A program made the position numbers and the translations under genes. A stretch of DNA of 64,000 nucleotides, from contig OZ244844.1 of NCBI GenBank assembly GCA_965220805.1, forward strand, positions 3,617,072 to 3,681,071, in the 5' to 3' direction. Shown here piece after piece: positions 55,127-64,000 of the stretch. Every line of letters starts with the position of its first letter. Within the stretch, counting starts at the first letter, position 1. The stretch is from Alphaproteobacteria bacterium. GTDB lineage: Bacteria > Pseudomonadota > Alphaproteobacteria > SP197. The notes beneath the pieces were generated by a model. That model did no database searches and was not told where the DNA came from. It saw nothing but the letters and a program-made list of their open reading frames with translations.

Positions 55127-57192
55127 CAGCTGCGTTCCCCGATGAGGTTCCCGTATTCGTCAACCGTCAACACGAATCCCGGCGGCACCCATGTTGTGGT
55201 GTCGTACTGCTCGATCACCAGGGGACCAGGATAGTTCACCCCCTGCCGCAGGTCCTGGCGCCGCCACACGTGAGCCTCGACCACGTCCCCCGCTTCGTGA
55301 ACACGCCGCACACCCCGGGAGCCGCTGCCGCCTCCGGCAGGCCGGGAAAGGGCCGGAGGAGAAGGCGTGACCCCGACAATCTGCAGGCGTGCTTCCAGCA
55401 TCCGCACAGGTGCGTGCGGGTCGTGGTAGCCGTAAACCTTCTGATAGCGCTCGTGAAACCACCGATTCAGGTCTTGCGTCGACAATTCCGCGACATCCGG
55501 GAACGGCACGTTGATTTCGTAGGACTGACCGATATGGCAGAGATCCGCCGATCGCAGGACATGGACGTCCGCCACCCCGGCATCCTGCTCCTCCAACCAG
55601 GCGCGGGCCTCATTCTCGAGAAGGGTGTAGGTATCGCCAAGGTCCCTGTCCGAGAGGGCATCGAGATCACGCCACACGCTCTGGACGAAGTCGGCACGAA
55701 AATCCGCGACGAGGCACCCAAGGGCGCACAGCGTCCCAGGGGCGGGTGGCACGATGATGCGGCGCAGGTCCAGTTCGCGCGCCAGCATGAAGGCCTGCGT
55801 CGGGCCGGCGGCGCCATAGGCCAGCAGGGAAAATCCTGTGGTGTCGATTCCCCGCCGCGCCGTCAGGGGCAGAAGCTGCGCGTAGATGTTGGCTGTCGTC
55901 ACCTGGAGAATCGCATCGGCGGTCTCGCTCCGCGTGCGGCCGATGACGGCAGCCAGCTGGTCGATTGCGGCATGGGCCCGCTTGTGATCGAGAACCATCG
56001 TGCCATCGAGGAGGCTGTCCTCGGCGATGATGCCGGCCACGAGATAGGCATCGGTGACGGTTGGCTCCGTGCCGCCCCTGCCATAGCAGGCCGGGCCCGG
56101 CAGGGCGCCGGCGCTCCGGGGCCCCACCTTGAGCACGCCTTCGCTGTCCGTCCAGGCGATCGAACCGCCGCCGGCACCGACCGCCGACACATCAACAGCC
56201 GGCATGATGACCGGGATGTCCCCAATCGTGTTGTCGGTCGCCTGGCCGATGGCTCCCTGGATGATCGACACGTCGACACTGGTGCCGCCCATGTCGAGGG
56301 TGACGACATGATCGTCTCCGATGGAACTGGCGACATGGCGGGCGCCGATGACTCCCGAGGCCGGACCGGAGAGCAAGGTCTCGACGGGCCGGCGGGCCGC
56401 CGAGGCGGCGGTCATCACACCTCCGTTCGACTTTGTCGAAAAGACACGGCATGGCATGGCCAGGTCCCGTGTCCGTTTCTCGAGGGTGTTGAAATAGGTT
56501 TCCATGCGACTGCCGACATAGGCGTTGATGACACTGACGAGAGCGCGTTCATACTCCCGTTGCTGGGGCCACACGTCGCTTGAGATCGTGACGTAGGTCT
56601 CCGGAAAACTCTCCGTGATCCACTGCCTTGCCCGTCGTTCGTGACGTGGATTGCGATATGCGTGAAGCAAGCACACGGCAATGGTCTCCACGCCCTCCTG
56701 CAGCAGGGCGCGGACCTGTTCTTCCACGTCCTCGCGACAGAGAGGCCTGATCACCTCCCCGTCGGCCTTCAGCCTTTCGTCGAGTGGACGGACCAACCGA
56801 CGGGGCACCAGGGGAACGGGCCGGGGCACAAAGAAGTCGTTCGCCTTCGAAAGACGCAGGCGGCGCAGCTCGAGCGTATCGGTAAAGCCCCGGGTCATCA
56901 GCACTCCGGTGCACGCACCCTTGCGCTCGAGAAGCGTGTTGACCGCGAGCGTGGTGCCGTGGGCGAAGTAGCGGATGGCAGCAGGGTCAATGCCGTGACG
57001 CCTGGTTATGTCCTCCAGTCCTCTCGCCACCGCGAGCGACGGATCCTCCGGCGTCGACGGCGTCTTCAGCGCCACCACCTCTCCCGACCGGGCGTTCATG
57101 AGCTGGAAGTCGGTGAAGGTTCCACCGATGTCGACGCCAAGACGCCAGCCGTCTTCACACATCGTGCGGGTCCCGTCCGTATCGTTCGACAT
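55126..57192 (-). CDS. hyuA: Hydantoinase A / oxoprolinase-family protein (ATP-dependent)
   Basis: 688-aa ORF with the N-terminal actin/hexokinase-fold motif LGVDIGGTFTDF and a second ATPase-fold segment LDMGGTSVDVS. Confidence 0.85.
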   Translation of the reverse strand: MSNDTDGTRTMCEDGWRLGVDIGGTFTDFQLMNARSGEVVALKTPSTPEDPSLAVARGLEDITRRHGIDPAAIRYFAHGTTLAVNTLLERKGACTGVLMTRGFTDTLELRRLRLSKANDFFVPRPVPLVPRRLVRPLDERLKADGEVIRPLCREDVEEQVRALLQEGVETIAVCLLHAYRNPRHERRARQWITESFPETYVTISSDVWPQQREYERALVSVINAYVGSRMETYFNTLEKRTRDLAMPCRVFSTKSNGGVMTAASAARRPVETLLSGPASGVIGARHVASSIGDDHVVTLDMGGTSVDVSIIQGAIGQATDNTIGDIPVIMPAVDVSAVGAGGGSIAWTDSEGVLKVGPRSAGALPGPACYGRGGTEPTVTDAYLVAGIIAEDSLLDGTMVLDHKRAHAAIDQLAAVIGRTRSETADAILQVTTANIYAQLLPLTARRGIDTTGFSLLAYGAAGPTQAFMLARELDLRRIIVPPAPGTLCALGCLVADFRADFVQSVWRDLDALSDRDLGDTYTLLENEARAWLEEQDAGVADVHVLRSADLCHIGQSYEINVPFPDVAELSTQDLNRWFHERYQKVYGYHDPHAPVRMLEARLQIVGVTPSPPALSRPAGGGSGSRGVRRVHEAGDVVEAHVWRRQDLRQGVNYPGPLVIEQYDTTTWVPPGFVLTVDEYGNLIGERS

Positions 57193-57260
57193 GCGTGTGA
57201 ACCGGTGTCTTCACTGGACGCCGGACTGCACCGACAGGCTCCGGACTGTCATGGGCCCCG

Positions 57261-58268
57261 TCAGCTCCCAGGGGCCGACGCACCCTTCGCACGGCGTCCG
57301 AGCAGCTGGTAGAGATCGTGTTCACGGCGGACAAGATCGTGATCGTTGTTTTCCTGCCAGACAGCTTCGACCGCCGGCCTGTTCTTCTGGCGTTCGGCCT
57401 TCAAGGCACGGATGAAGCTGCCGTCCTTGATGTTGGTGATCATCCGGCGCATGCCTTCGAGCGTCCCTTCCTCGTCGAAGTACTGTTTCGACCACACGAG
57501 ATGGCCGAACTGCGCCGTGGCGCTCGTCCGTTTCATGCGCTCGAAGGCGCCGAGGTCGCGCCCGTACTCGGCGAACTTGACGCTTTCGCCGGACGCATAG
57601 AGATCCAGCATGACCGCCTCGGGAGAACAGCCGGCCTCGACGAGGGCCGTGTACATGGCGCGCAGGGCATAGAGTCCCGGCTGATGTTCCTCGAAGAGAT
57701 CGATGAGAACCTCCTCGCCGAAACTCGATTCCAGCGCCCCCATTCTTGTCGTGCCGATGGCCCAGGAGATCGCAAGGCACATGTCGAGAGCCCTGCCACT
57801 GCCATCCTGGGCGACGGCAATGAGGCTCGGAAAACCTCGACCCTCGAGGAACGTCGCCCGCACGCCCTCTCCGAGCATGCGTGGAGCCACCATGACCACA
57901 TCCGTCTGCGGATCCGGGACAATCTCGCCGTAATGGATGTTGAAACCATGAGCAAAGCACATGACATCACCGGGTTTGAGGCTTTTCTTCACCCAGTTTT
58001 CATAGACATCAGGCTGACTGTCATCGGACGTCAGCATCATCAGGACATCGGCCCGGGCGGCTGCCTCCTCGATGGTCAGGAGATCCCATCCGTCAGCCCG
58101 TGCGCTTTCGGCATACTCGTCCTCGATGTTGCCGACGACCACGTCGACACCGTGGTCCTTCATGTTGAGCGCCTGGCTGCGTCCCTGGTTGCCGTAACCG
58201 ATCACGGCAACCGTCCTGCCGTCGAGCAAGGCCGGATCGGCATCGTCATCAAAATAGAACCTGCCCAT
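57261..58268 (-). CDS. Ketol-acid reductoisomerase-like NAD(P)H oxidoreductase (class I KARI fold)
   Basis: The start is taken at MGRFYFDDDAD...GRTVAVIGYGNQGRSQALNMKDHGVDVVVG (58268), which is the typical IlvC N-terminus. The ORF-track start is 58343. Confidence 0.75.
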   Translation of the reverse strand: MGRFYFDDDADPALLDGRTVAVIGYGNQGRSQALNMKDHGVDVVVGNIEDEYAESARADGWDLLTIEEAAARADVLMMLTSDDSQPDVYENWVKKSLKPGDVMCFAHGFNIHYGEIVPDPQTDVVMVAPRMLGEGVRATFLEGRGFPSLIAVAQDGSGRALDMCLAISWAIGTTRMGALESSFGEEVLIDLFEEHQPGLYALRAMYTALVEAGCSPEAVMLDLYASGESVKFAEYGRDLGAFERMKRTSATAQFGHLVWSKQYFDEEGTLEGMRRMITNIKDGSFIRALKAERQKNRPAVEAVWQENNDHDLVRREHDLYQLLGRRAKGASAPGS

Positions 58269-58317
58269 GGTATCTCCTGGCGGTAGTCTTTCGGGGGCGG
58301 AGTGTACTGCAAGAAGG

Positions 58318-59115
58318 ATGCCATCGGGAACACGCCACGACATCCGGGATTATCGCGCCACGGGATTTGCGGCGCCGCTCACGGCCATGCCGGCCGAAGA
58401 CGCCGCCCGCATCCTCGCCAGGCTCGAAGCGGTCGACGTCGACCTGCCGCATCCCTGGTACTACAAGTCCTACCTGCTCTTCACGTGGATGGACAAACTG
58501 GTGCGTCAGCCCGCCATCCTCGATGCGGTGGAGCGGTTGACGGGCCCGGACATCATGGTGATGAGCGCCGACATCTGGACCAAGCCTGCGCGGGACCGGC
58601 GCCACATCTCCTTTCACCAGGATGCCGGCTACTGGAACCTCGATACACTCGACATCGTCACGGCCTGGGTTGCTCTCACACCGGCGACCTCGGCCAACGG
58701 CTGCATGCGCTTTCTTCCGCGAACCCACCTGCTTGGACGCGTGGTCCACGACGAATGCCAGACGGCCGACAACATGCTCTCCCATGGCCAGACCGCGAGG
58801 ATCGATACCAAGGCGTGGCCGGTCTACGACAACGAGCTCGAACCGGGCGCCATGTCGCTCCACCACGCTCTGCTTGCACATGGATCCGGCCCGAACACGA
58901 CGGAGAGGCCTCGGACGGGGATCTGCATCCGCTACCTCCCGGGACGCATCACGTGGACCGGCGGACCACCGGTGTCGGCCATGCCGGTAAGAGGGCGCCA
59001 CGAGGGCAATCTCGTTCTGGAGCGACCGCCTTCAAGCGATCTTTCCCCGGAAGCGGTCCGCCAGCACACACGCCTGCTCGCACCCCACGCCTCGCGGCGT
59101 TACGTGACCTTCTGA
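58318..59115 (+). CDS. Phytanoyl-CoA dioxygenase (PhyH)-family Fe(II)/2OG oxygenase
   Basis: The H-x-D motif is in ISFHQDAGYW, with a C-terminal His/Arg. The start is chosen at 58318. The ORF-track ATG at 58267 would overlap the divergent KARI start within a CCATGG palindrome. Confidence 0.7.
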   Translation: MPSGTRHDIRDYRATGFAAPLTAMPAEDAARILARLEAVDVDLPHPWYYKSYLLFTWMDKLVRQPAILDAVERLTGPDIMVMSADIWTKPARDRRHISFHQDAGYWNLDTLDIVTAWVALTPATSANGCMRFLPRTHLLGRVVHDECQTADNMLSHGQTARIDTKAWPVYDNELEPGAMSLHHALLAHGSGPNTTERPRTGICIRYLPGRITWTGGPPVSAMPVRGRHEGNLVLERPPSSDLSPEAVRQHTRLLAPHASRRYVTF

Positions 59116-59339
59116 TGACGACCCTCCGGACGAGCATTGACAAGAGCCTCCGCGAGACAGGCCTGGTCATCGGACGCATCGGGAACAAGGCGCTGCATCC
59201 AGGAGTTTCGCATCTTCCAGTCCACGAAGTCGCTCCTCCCCTGGGCACTGGCCACCTTCTGCACCCGCTTCATCGGGTAGAGCACTGAGCTTGCCGACAG
59301 GCCGCACGAACTGCCACGACATCCAGGAAAGGACGTCCC

Positions 59340-59987
59340 ATGCCCTCTGATCGCGCGTCGATCGATCTCGCGAACGACCAGTTCGTGAGCGGCTCCTACT
59401 CTCTGCGTAACGCTCAGGAGGCCGAGGCGTTCTATCAAGTGTGGGCTGACGACTACGAGGACCACATGGTTGGCGAACTGGGCTACTGTTCGCCGCGCCT
59501 CGTTGCCGAGCGCCTGATCCGGCGTCTTTCCGACACAGCGGCAGAAGTGCTCGATATCGGGTGCGGAACCGGATTGACGAGCGACCTCCTCTCCGAGCAT
59601 GGGTTTCGCAACATCGACGGAATCGACCTGACGGTGTCGATGCTGGAAAAGGCCCGGACTCGCGGAATCTACCGCAACCTGATCCAGGCCGACCTCAACG
59701 AACCCATCGAATTGCCCGACCAAAGCTACGATGCGATGGTCTCCTCGGGCACCTTCACCTGCGGTCACGTCGGCCCCGAACCCTTTGACGAACTGGTACG
59801 CCTCCTGCGACCCGGCGGCCTGTGGTCATTTTCCATTCACATGGATATCTGGGAGCCCGCCGGGTTCAGGGCGACCCTTGATCGTCTCATCAGCCAGGGT
59901 CAGCTCGCCTGCGTGGAAAAGGAACCGGACAGGTTCTTTGAAACACTGGAGCCAGCCGGCTGGTTCTTCGTCTATCGCAGGCTATAA
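59340..59987 (+). CDS. Class I SAM-dependent methyltransferase (small-molecule type)
   Basis: 215-aa ORF with motif I VLDIGCGTGL, a post-I acidic residue, and motifs II/III (YDAMVSSG, LRPGGLWSF). The overlapping minus ORF 59100-59768 is judged spurious. Confidence 0.8.
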   Translation: MPSDRASIDLANDQFVSGSYSLRNAQEAEAFYQVWADDYEDHMVGELGYCSPRLVAERLIRRLSDTAAEVLDIGCGTGLTSDLLSEHGFRNIDGIDLTVSMLEKARTRGIYRNLIQADLNEPIELPDQSYDAMVSSGTFTCGHVGPEPFDELVRLLRPGGLWSFSIHMDIWEPAGFRATLDRLISQGQLACVEKEPDRFFETLEPAGWFFVYRRL

Positions 59988-60131
59988 CCGCAGGCGATCC
60001 GACCCCTCTGCGTCAGGACCAGTGCGATGGCATCGAATGAGTACGGAGCCGTCGTTCCAGGCAGCGCACGCCATCCTTGAGTTCCCGGGTGCCATCTTCG
60101 AATGGCCATGGAGGCACGATCGAATGCAGCC

Positions 60132-60971
60132 TCAGACACCGATGGTGGCGCGCCGCATGACTCGGCGAAAGCCCTTGTCGCCACGCATGGCGGCAAGGTC
60201 ATCCTCGAGGGCAATGTGCATGGTGCAGCGGTTGTCCCAGATGACGACCGTGCCGGGTTGCCAGCGGAAGCGGCAGGTGAGGATGTCCTGGGTTGCATGG
60301 CGCTCGAGGTGATCCAGAATCATCCGGCTTTCCTCGTCGGTCATGCCTTCGATGCGATGGCAGTAGCTCGGACTGATAAGGAGTGATTCCCGCCCGGTTT
60401 CGGGGTGCACCCAGACAAACGGATGAGCCGTGATCTGTCGCTCCGATCCCAGCCTGTGCTGCATCTTCATGCCCTTGAAGGTGTCGGTGTGGCGTTGCGG
60501 CGTGCCCGAATCGTGGATCGCGCGGAGTTGACGCAACACGGCCTTCATGCCCTCCGACAGCATTTCCCAGGCCAGGTACATGTTGGCAAACAACGTGTCG
60601 CCGCCGACCGGGGGAACCTCGAGGGCGTAAAGAACCGCTCCGGCAGGAGGTTGTTCGCGAAACGTCATGTCCGTATGCCAGAGATGGCCGAAATTGATGA
60701 CCTCGTCGGGCTCCTTGACGATCTCGATGAGTTCGGGGTAGCCGTCGATACCGTGCACGAACGGGTATTCCTCGAGGCGACCGAAGCGACGCGAAAACTC
60801 GACCTGCTGCGCGGGCGTCAGTTTCTGGTCGTGAAAGAAAAGGACGAGGTGCTCCAGATAGGCATCGCGCAGTGCGGTCCAGGTCGAATCGTCCAGCGCC
60901 CGGGACAGGTCGACCCCCGTCACTTCCGCGCCGATGGCCGTGGCGTAGGGATGTACAGCGAAATCGGACAT
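60132..60971 (-). CDS. TauD/TfdA-family Fe(II)/2-oxoglutarate dioxygenase
   Basis: 279-aa ORF with the HTDMTF (H-x-D) motif, a C-terminal His (..MHIA..) and R-x-x-x-R. Confidence 0.85.
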   Translation of the reverse strand: MSDFAVHPYATAIGAEVTGVDLSRALDDSTWTALRDAYLEHLVLFFHDQKLTPAQQVEFSRRFGRLEEYPFVHGIDGYPELIEIVKEPDEVINFGHLWHTDMTFREQPPAGAVLYALEVPPVGGDTLFANMYLAWEMLSEGMKAVLRQLRAIHDSGTPQRHTDTFKGMKMQHRLGSERQITAHPFVWVHPETGRESLLISPSYCHRIEGMTDEESRMILDHLERHATQDILTCRFRWQPGTVVIWDNRCTMHIALEDDLAAMRGDKGFRRVMRRATIGV

Positions 60972-61138
60972 GATGGGGGTCTCCGGATGCCGGACTCATA
61001 CTAGTCCCTGATTCAATCATTTGGAGCCGCAAGCGAGAAGCGGGAGTGCCCGCCGTCACCTGCGGAACCGAAGGCGGGGCATCGAAGGATTCTGGTGCGC
61101 AGTTCCCGATGCGGCAGGATCGAAGACGGATCTCGATG

Positions 61139-62761
61139 TCAGTGGGAAGCGTGCGCTGCTTCCTGGACCCAGTCTGCGAACTCGTCGACGTGCACGAGAG
61201 TCGGGCCCTTGGTCTGCCATGCCTGCCGCATGCGTTCGCTGAGGTCCTCCAGACCGGAGGGTTTGGCGTAGGCCATGCCGTAGGCTTGTGCCAGCGTGGC
61301 GAAATCGGGGTTCCTGGGGTGTACGCCGATTTCCTCAATCTGCTGCTCCCGCATGAAGCGGGCGATCTGCTTGAGGCTGTGATTGTCCCAGAGCACGATG
61401 GCAATGGGTAGTTCGTGTTCGACGGCTGTTGCGAGTTCCGCCATGGTGAACTGCAGCCCGCCATCGCCGATGAGCACGGCGCCGGGCCGTTCGGGTGCGG
61501 CGAACGCGGCTCCGATCGCCGCGGGCAGGGCGAAACCCAGGGTGCCGTAGCCGGCGGGAAAGAACCATTGGCGCGGCCTGTTGGCCGGAAAGAGCGAGTA
61601 GCCCGAGTAGGCGATCTGCGTCATGTCCGTGAAACAGTATCCGTCGGGCGGAAGCCCATTCCGGATGGCCTGGATGACCGGTTCGTGCAGCCGCTCGAGG
61701 GATCCGAAATCGGCGCGTCCGGCCCCGCGCGCCTTGTCGAGGGCGTCACTGCCGTATCCGGGCCCGGTATTGCGACCCTCGAGGCGCTGCAGGATGCCAT
61801 CCAGGGACCGGGCGGCATCACCAAGGATGGCGACGTCGGCGCGCCAGTCCCGGGCCAGTGTTCCTGCATCGATGTCGATGCGGATGAGCTTGCCTGTCAC
61901 CGGCAGGGGTTCGGGAATCCAGAAATCGGGTTCCGCGAACTCAGTGCCGACGGCGATGACCAGTCCGGCTTCGCAGATGAAGGACTGCGTGCCCGGCTGG
62001 TCCACCGTCATCTCGAGCGACAGGGGGTGGTCCGCGGGCATGACACCCTTGCCGGCAATCGTCGGCAACACGGCCGCGCCGAGGCGCTCGGCAAGCGCGC
62101 GCACCTCGTCGGCCGCATCCACCGAGCCTCCTCCCGTGATGATCACTGTGGGACCGCATGAGGACGCGAGCGACGCGGCGGCATCGAGCGCGCCGCTGTC
62201 CGGCACCGGCCGTCCCGGCAGGCGCGCTGCCGCGAACGCACCCTCATAGGGTTGAGGCAGCACATCCAGCGGAACCGAGATGTGACAGGGCCGGGACCTG
62301 TGGGAGGCAAAGTGGGCGAAGGCGCGATGGACGAGTTCCATTGCCTGCGCGGGTGTCGTTGCGATCTCGCTGAAGTGCGTGATCGGCGCAGTCACGGCCC
62401 GCTGGTCGGGAATCTCGTGAAGCCGTCCCCTGCCCATGCCGAGATCGGCGAGGCTGTTGACTGAGGAGAGGACCAGCATGGGTTGCGAATCGGAGTAGGC
62501 CTGGCCGATCGGCGTCGCCGCGTTGGTGATGCCGGGACCACTGATCAGCAGGCAGACCCCGGGCCGGCCGGAGATGCGTGCATAGCCGTCCGCCATGAAT
62601 CCCGCCCCCTGTTCGTGGCGCACGCCGATATGGCGGATTCCGGCTTCCGGGAGCGCTCGATAGAAGTCGAGAGTGTGGACACCGGGCATGCCGAAGACCG
62701 TGTCGACACCGTAGGCCTTCAGAAGATGTATGAGGGCCTCTCCCGTGCTGAGCGTCGTCAT
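61139..62761 (-). CDS. Thiamine-diphosphate-dependent enzyme (acetolactate-synthase-like decarboxylase/synthase fold)
   Basis: The start is taken at the internal ATG (MTTLSTGEALIHLLKAYGVDTVFGMPGVHTL..., the canonical TPP-enzyme N-terminus). The GDGG...N TPP-binding motif is present (LIGDGGLQFTMAELATA...NN). The ORF-track start at 63109 adds an Arg-rich 116-aa extension that overlaps the aldolase gene. Confidence 0.8.
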   Translation of the reverse strand: MTTLSTGEALIHLLKAYGVDTVFGMPGVHTLDFYRALPEAGIRHIGVRHEQGAGFMADGYARISGRPGVCLLISGPGITNAATPIGQAYSDSQPMLVLSSVNSLADLGMGRGRLHEIPDQRAVTAPITHFSEIATTPAQAMELVHRAFAHFASHRSRPCHISVPLDVLPQPYEGAFAAARLPGRPVPDSGALDAAASLASSCGPTVIITGGGSVDAADEVRALAERLGAAVLPTIAGKGVMPADHPLSLEMTVDQPGTQSFICEAGLVIAVGTEFAEPDFWIPEPLPVTGKLIRIDIDAGTLARDWRADVAILGDAARSLDGILQRLEGRNTGPGYGSDALDKARGAGRADFGSLERLHEPVIQAIRNGLPPDGYCFTDMTQIAYSGYSLFPANRPRQWFFPAGYGTLGFALPAAIGAAFAAPERPGAVLIGDGGLQFTMAELATAVEHELPIAIVLWDNHSLKQIARFMREQQIEEIGVHPRNPDFATLAQAYGMAYAKPSGLEDLSERMRQAWQTKGPTLVHVDEFADWVQEAAHASH

Positions 62762-63501
62762 CGTCCGGTCTCTCCGGTTTCGGTGGCGATCGCCTCGAGT
62801 GCCGCGGCCAGACCTGAATGGATCGACCCCGTCTCGTCGGCAATGACCATCCAGGCGGTTCCCAGTTTCCTGGCGAGGATGCGTTCCCCGGCAGTCCAGC
62901 CCGGCATGATCCAGGGCTTGCCGGCGGCCGCTGCTGCTCCTGCGATGGTTTCCAGGTCCCGGCGGTCTTCGGCAGAAAAGCGGTAGCGGTCCCGTCCGCA
63001 CGACAGCGCGAGATCGGACGGTCCGACGAACACCCCGTCCACCGTGTCGAGCGCGAGGATTGCGTCGATATCCGCAAGCGCCGCCGCGCTTTCGATCATG
63101 GGAAAGCACAGCTGCCGCCGATTCTCCGCTTCGAACCAGCCGTCCGCGGGTGCATCGTAGGCGACGGTTCTGCCACCCGCGAAGCTGCGCGTGCCCAGAG
63201 GCGGGTACTTGGCGGCGGCACAGGTGCGGGACGCGTGATCAAGGCCCTCGATGTGCGGAATGATGACGCTGTCACAGCCTAGATCGAGTGCCTGCTGGAT
63301 GGGGATGGCCTCAGGCCCCAGAATCTTCGCGTGGACTTCCATGCCGAGGGCGCGCGCGAGAGGCACCAGCCTGTCCAGGCGTTCGAGGTCGAAGATGCCG
63401 TGCTCGATGTCGAGCACGGCACGCCGGAACCCCAGATCGCGAGCGATCTCGATCATGGCCGTATGGGGAGTCGAGAGCCAGATCGCAAGATCGGCGGTCA
63501 T
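62758..63501 (-). CDS. HpcH/HpaI-family 2-oxo-acid aldolase
   Basis: 247-aa ORF with a TIM-barrel aldolase signature (..WLSTPHTAMIEIARDLGFRRAVLDIEHG.., ..VFVGPSDLA..). It overlaps both neighbours by 4 nt. Confidence 0.8.
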   Translation of the reverse strand: MTADLAIWLSTPHTAMIEIARDLGFRRAVLDIEHGIFDLERLDRLVPLARALGMEVHAKILGPEAIPIQQALDLGCDSVIIPHIEGLDHASRTCAAAKYPPLGTRSFAGGRTVAYDAPADGWFEAENRRQLCFPMIESAAALADIDAILALDTVDGVFVGPSDLALSCGRDRYRFSAEDRRDLETIAGAAAAAGKPWIMPGWTAGERILARKLGTAWMVIADETGSIHSGLAAALEAIATETGETGR

Positions 63502-64000
63502 GTGCCTTCGTCTCCGCCGAGATCGAGGCCGGTGGCCTCCTCGATCATGGCCGTCGCTCCGGAAAGGACGCCGAGCCGTTCCCCGCGTTCCAGCGCCTCG
63601 TTGAACGGAATCTCCTCGGACTGCTCGTCAAGCGCGTAGCGTGCCCAGAGTTCCGCCTCGCCCGGGGCGAGCACCACGACACCGTTGTCGTCGGCAATCA
63701 CCGCGTCGCCGGGATTGACGATGACGCCTCCCACCGTGACCGGGACGTTGAGTCCGCCCCCAGCCGCGAGCAGGCGCGTCGTGATCGGCGACGGCCCCCG
63801 ACACCACACCGGAAAGCCGATGCGCCTGATGTCGCCGAAGTCCGTGGCGCGACCGTCGATCACCGCACCGGCAAGATTCCGCGCTCTGGCGGCGACCGTG
63901 AGCGAGCCTCCCCAGCACGCGTGGAGGTCGTCTCCGCAACGGTCGATCATGAGGACGTCGCCGGGCCGCACGTGGCCCAGGGCGTGGTGCAACAGCGTCG
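63498..64000 (-). CDS. RraA-family protein (RraA / 4-hydroxy-4-methyl-2-oxoglutarate aldolase-like), partial; 5' end beyond window
   Basis: The 164-aa C-terminal portion is visible (..GDVLMIDRCGD...GGSLTVAARARNLAGAVIDGRATD..). The frame stays open to the window edge, so the true start is outside. Confidence 0.7.
   Translation of the reverse strand, partial: TLLHHALGHVRPGDVLMIDRCGDDLHACWGGSLTVAARARNLAGAVIDGRATDFGDIRRIGFPVWCRGPSPITTRLLAAGGGLNVPVTVGGVIVNPGDAVIADDNGVVVLAPGEAELWARYALDEQSEEIPFNEALERGERLGVLSGATAMIEEATGLDLGGDEGT

Noticed and set aside
53822-56583. Plus-strand ORFs of 334 and 437 aa within the hydantoinase genes
   Set aside because: They are antisense to the HyuB and HyuA frames, which have conserved family blocks, and are Arg/Gly/His-rich shadows.
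59100-59768. 222-aa minus-strand ORF
   Set aside because: It is almost entirely antisense to the SAM-methyltransferase gene 59340-59987, whose motifs I-III are intact. It would also overlap the PhyH gene end.
61415-62161. 248-aa plus-strand ORF inside the TPP-enzyme gene
   Set aside because: It is antisense to a frame with the GDGG...NN TPP-binding motif, and its composition is Arg/Gly-rich.

Overview
Read by eye, without database searches, this is a gene-dense, high-GC (roughly 65%) bacterial chromosomal segment whose codon usage and gene content look alphaproteobacterial. I count about 56 protein-coding genes. I see no rRNA, tRNA, CRISPR array, integrase, transposase or prophage genes, and no recognisable transcriptional-regulator gene anywhere in the 64 kb. 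Most of the window is a mosaic of catabolic and transport modules.

- Positions 1-9541, all on the minus strand: a glutamine amidotransferase that runs off the window edge, a threonine dehydratase, and a CoxD/CoxE/XdhC/MocA-type molybdoenzyme-maturation set. That set is preceded by a 986-aa membrane-anchored giant ORF.
- 9.5-15 kb: a nitrogen-scavenging block with an amidase, an Amt ammonium transporter, a creatinase-like M24 peptidase and an aminotransferase.
- 15.0-16.7 kb: a solitary gene fusing a small-molecule-type SAM methyltransferase domain to an intact HNH nuclease motif. A segment of it has visibly lower GC. This is my top candidate for something undescribed.
- 20.4-31.1 kb: an 11-kb unidirectional run with an HcnABC/opine-oxidase-like three-subunit flavoenzyme, a NitT/TauT-type ABC importer, an M20 amidohydrolase, hydrolases and an aminotransferase.
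- 31.5-34.1 kb: a GMC oxidoreductase and an esterase.
- 34.1-41.3 kb: a methylthioribose-kinase-like gene divergent from a CUT1 ABC transporter that has two tandem ATPase genes and a Tat-signal binding protein.
- 41.3-49.9 kb: a glycine-oxidase-like flavoenzyme, a Kef-type antiporter, and a TPR-like/MBL-hydrolase/DUF1989/SDR operon with a divergent SDR and class II aldolase.
- 50.0-64.0 kb: a butyrobetaine-hydroxylase-like dioxygenase with a SulP transporter, a KARI-like reductase with hydantoinase A/B, PhyH and TauD dioxygenases, and an RraA-like/HpcH-aldolase/TPP-enzyme operon that runs off the window end.

Gene boundaries come from the supplied ORF track, adjusted where N-terminal homology or 4-nt ATGA-type overlaps argue for an internal start. 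All product calls rest on motifs I recognise and remain hypotheses until searched.
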